A DNA stretch of 64,000 nucleotides, taken from the NCBI GenBank assembly GCA_012295275.1, contig CM022673.1, positions 1,302,001-1,366,000 on the forward strand, given 5' to 3'. Shown in pieces: positions 60,731 to 64,000 of the stretch (position 1 is the stretch's first letter; each line of letters begins with the position of its first letter). The stretch is from Chrysomallon squamiferum (Eukaryota; Animalia; Mollusca). The translations under genes and the position numbers were made by a program. The notes beneath the pieces were generated by a model. It did no database searches and was not told the origin of the DNA. It saw only the letters and a list, made by a program, of their open reading frames with translations.

Positions 60731-63700
60731 TATTCGGAATTACGCATTTAACACCATAAAACATTTAACACATGTTTATGTCGCGCTATTTTGCTTTCTC
60801 TTTTTTTTTTCTGAAATTGACATAGATGGCTTTTTGCAAACAATGTTTTGTTGAAGGATTTTGGTTTCTAATGAATTTTTAGAGTGTTTTATTTCTTGAT
60901 TTTTAGTTGTCAAAAAATGTTGTGATGTTATTGGTATTATTATTATTTATGTTATTTTTTATTATTACAAAACAAATAGTTAAAGGTATTTTATGTCAAC
61001 ACAGTTTAGCCTGACAGCTGTTTTCATCTCTACATAACAGAAAACTGTATGAAAATAACATCGTAAATCCTTGATTAGTGGACTGAAGATTCAACTGCTT
61101 CTTTATTTATTTTTTATTGTTGCTGTTGTTGTTTATTCATTTTTTTTTATTATTTACTTACTTTTTATTCATTTATTCATTCATTTTCTAGAAGAACATC
61201 TATTTTTTTCCCCTCGCTGTGATCTAACCTCTTTGACTAGTTAGCCTATATCCAACACAAACCTCTTTTCAAGGTCATCCAGCAGAATTTTGCCAAATAG
61301 AATTTCAATAGATTTTGGATAACTCTTATATCTAATTACCATTTAATAACAATAATTATAGTTAAAATATAACAACAAAAAACAACAACAACGTATATCT
61401 GATTTAGTAGCATCTTTTAGCATATACGTATGTATGAAACGCAAATATATAAATACTTTTGCCAATAATACATCACTCGACATATAAGAATGTATTCTGT
61501 CTCCCCGACACACCCTCGAAATCAGAATATATTTACTCAAATTCTATGAGATGGAACATACATATAGATAAATATAGGTACATAAACTGATATATTTTAT
61601 ATGCTACGAAAGTACAAGGGATTTTTGATAAACAAGTGCATTTTATTTTACATACATACATTCTCTAAAACTGCATAATAACATGTAAATTTAGCCGTAC
61701 AATTACTCATATAGTGCATGTACAAATGTAATAAATAAAAGGATTTTTAAACAGGTTTTTAGTATATAAAACTGGAAAATAAATATTTAATATTGTGTCA
61801 GAGGTTTGGGTTTTTGTGCAGATGTATGTGTATGTGCATGGATGTATGTATATATGTATGTATGTATATGTTATGTGTGAATGTATGTGTATGTATGCAT
61901 GTATGTTGTTTATGTATGAAACGCATGTATATGACGTATATATCTATTTATGTGTGTGTATGTCTGCTTATGTGAATAGCAATATATATGTATGTAGGCA
62001 TATAAGTACGTGTCTGCATATATATATATATGCTAATGTATATTTGTATGTAGGTATGTATTGCACACATATGGTTGTGTGTATATTATATGTTTGTATA
62101 TTTGCACATCTCTGTGTATATGTATGTATATATTATAATGTTTTTTTACCTATTCGTACAGCAGTGAAGGCGTGTGAATGCGCTCTTCAACTGTTATTTT
62201 TATAATCATTTTCAAAACCAGCAATGTTAATCGTTGGGTGTCCTTGTAACACTATCCCTCACATCATCCTCCTCCTCCTCATCATCATCATCATTATCAT
62301 CATATGGGAAATGGCGAAGAAGATGATTATTTTCATTTTAAATTAAATCCGATTAAATGGACTGAGATCAGAATTTCAAATGAAGATCATTGAAAGAAGA
62401 TTTTTGACATATGCATTTTTTTTTTTTTTTGAAAGCAATTTAAAATTCGACCTTTGCCTAAGAATATTTTTTTTACCATGTAGTATTTGCAAATACTGCG
62501 ACATTAATTTGACCTTTTTTAAAAATGTTTTGTATGCAATACAATAGTAACGTCTTAAATATTATATACCATCATCTTGTCTATATGTAATTAATATCTG
62601 CATGTATCTGTTTGTGTCTGAATATATGCACACATGCATTTACGTATCTGTATAAATATGTGTGTAAGTATGTTTGTAGCATGTAATTCTGTGTGATATA
62701 AAATGTGATCATGGAAATGATTCAGTTACTAGCTTCTTCCTGTAATGAATATAATTTTAATCATGCATGCCTATCACAGTCATATATAAGCATCTGCATT
62801 TTTCTTCTAGTAATGTTACTAAACACAGATTACGTTTAAACATCAATTAATACAACAACAAAAAAAAAAAAAAAAGGTTCTTGTTTCGGAACATGCTCAC
62901 CTAGACGTGAAATTCAAATTATTGCAGCGCTTTGATTCCTGCACAGACCATTCATCGACGTGCAGACTGCGAGTGTTTTGTCGTCATTAGCGGTAACATT
63001 CCGAGGAAGGACTTGTGTGTCCGCGTCGATGTTCGAGTTACTATTAGTTTTACAACTGCAGTAACCTGCGCGTGTAACTGTTTACCTAGATAGCTGATCA
63101 AGTTCGCGGAGCCAGCCGTCTCTGTATTGTCACAGCTGGTTGCAAATTTTTAAAATAAATTTAAAAAAAAAAAAAAATTAAACATTAAAAATAGTGATAA
63201 CAAATAATAAAAACACCACGAGCATCACTGTTATTTATTGAAATATACATATATATATATATAATAATTTAAAAAAAAAAATTTAAAAAAAATTTAAAAA
63301 ATAAAACGACTGATGCAGTATTTTGGTGTAAAAGTACACTTCACGTATGCGCACAGTGTTGTGACATCATTTTAATATTCTAAAAATGGAGGAATAACAA
63401 ATAGAAAAGCTGATTAACATACGGGACCACTGAAAAAAAATGATATGTACAGATGAAAAGCAGTCACGGGATTATTCTCAAGGTCATTTCAACTGATCTG
63501 TTTCTGCCTGATAAAAATAAAAGGTCAATAATGTTAATGTTAGAAAGCTTTACTCTGTGGAAGATTTTGAAATCATTCTTTCTTGGGCTATTTACAGTTT
63601 ATAACATTTCTCAACGACTGACGTATCACTGAACATGATGTGTTGGCTTTTTATTTTATGGGAAGGTTTAAACAAAAATCGTTTTGTGCTAATCGAAAAG

Positions 63701-64000
63701 AGTAGTTCAAAAAAAATAAAAATAAATAAAAGTTTGTAAATAAATAAATGTTTCAGCCTGTTTCGTTTCAAAGGACACAAGACTGAAAAATAAAATAGTC
63801 ATTAATTTATCATAATTACTTTGTCGTAAATTAATTTAGTTAAAATGAAATAACAGGCCACTTCAATATAGTCAAAATGAATTTAGGTCAATTATACTTA
63901 CTTATTATTTGTATTTAGTTAAATGTAAGTATTACGCTGTTTATATATAGTCAAGAAGAATTAAGCACTCTTATTATATTGTCGTAGCAGTTAGTTAAAC

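Overview
AT-rich, microsatellite-dense eukaryotic DNA with spliceosomal GT-AG introns; the repeat content suggests a mollusc, probably a gastropod (inference). The window holds two paralogous relaxin-receptor-like (type C LGR / RXFP family) GPCR genes arranged tail-to-tail. Gene A (+) contributes only its last three coding exons (<1-408, 780-1000, 1141-1293). Gene B (-) was reconstructed by hand as a complete 17-exon CDS (51944->3878, 2466 nt, 821 aa): N-terminal hydrophobic segment, one LDLa module, linker, LRRNT, ten phase-2 LRR exons (nine of 72 nt, one of 69 nt), short hinge, 7TM and C-tail, with a 30.6 kb first intron. The most striking unexplained structure is a 126-bp inverted repeat (123/126 identical; 19901-20026 vs 21493-21618) that brackets only the LDLa and linker exons. 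Those exons total 228 nt and are phase 1-1, so the repeat predicts an RNA stem driving either in-frame skipping to an LDLa-less receptor or back-splicing to a circRNA. Other content: a decayed RNase H-bearing LINE fragment, SINE-like remnants, several minisatellites, an octamer-motif cluster and uORFs ahead of gene B. Nearly all other ORFs in the supplied track are microsatellite artefacts.
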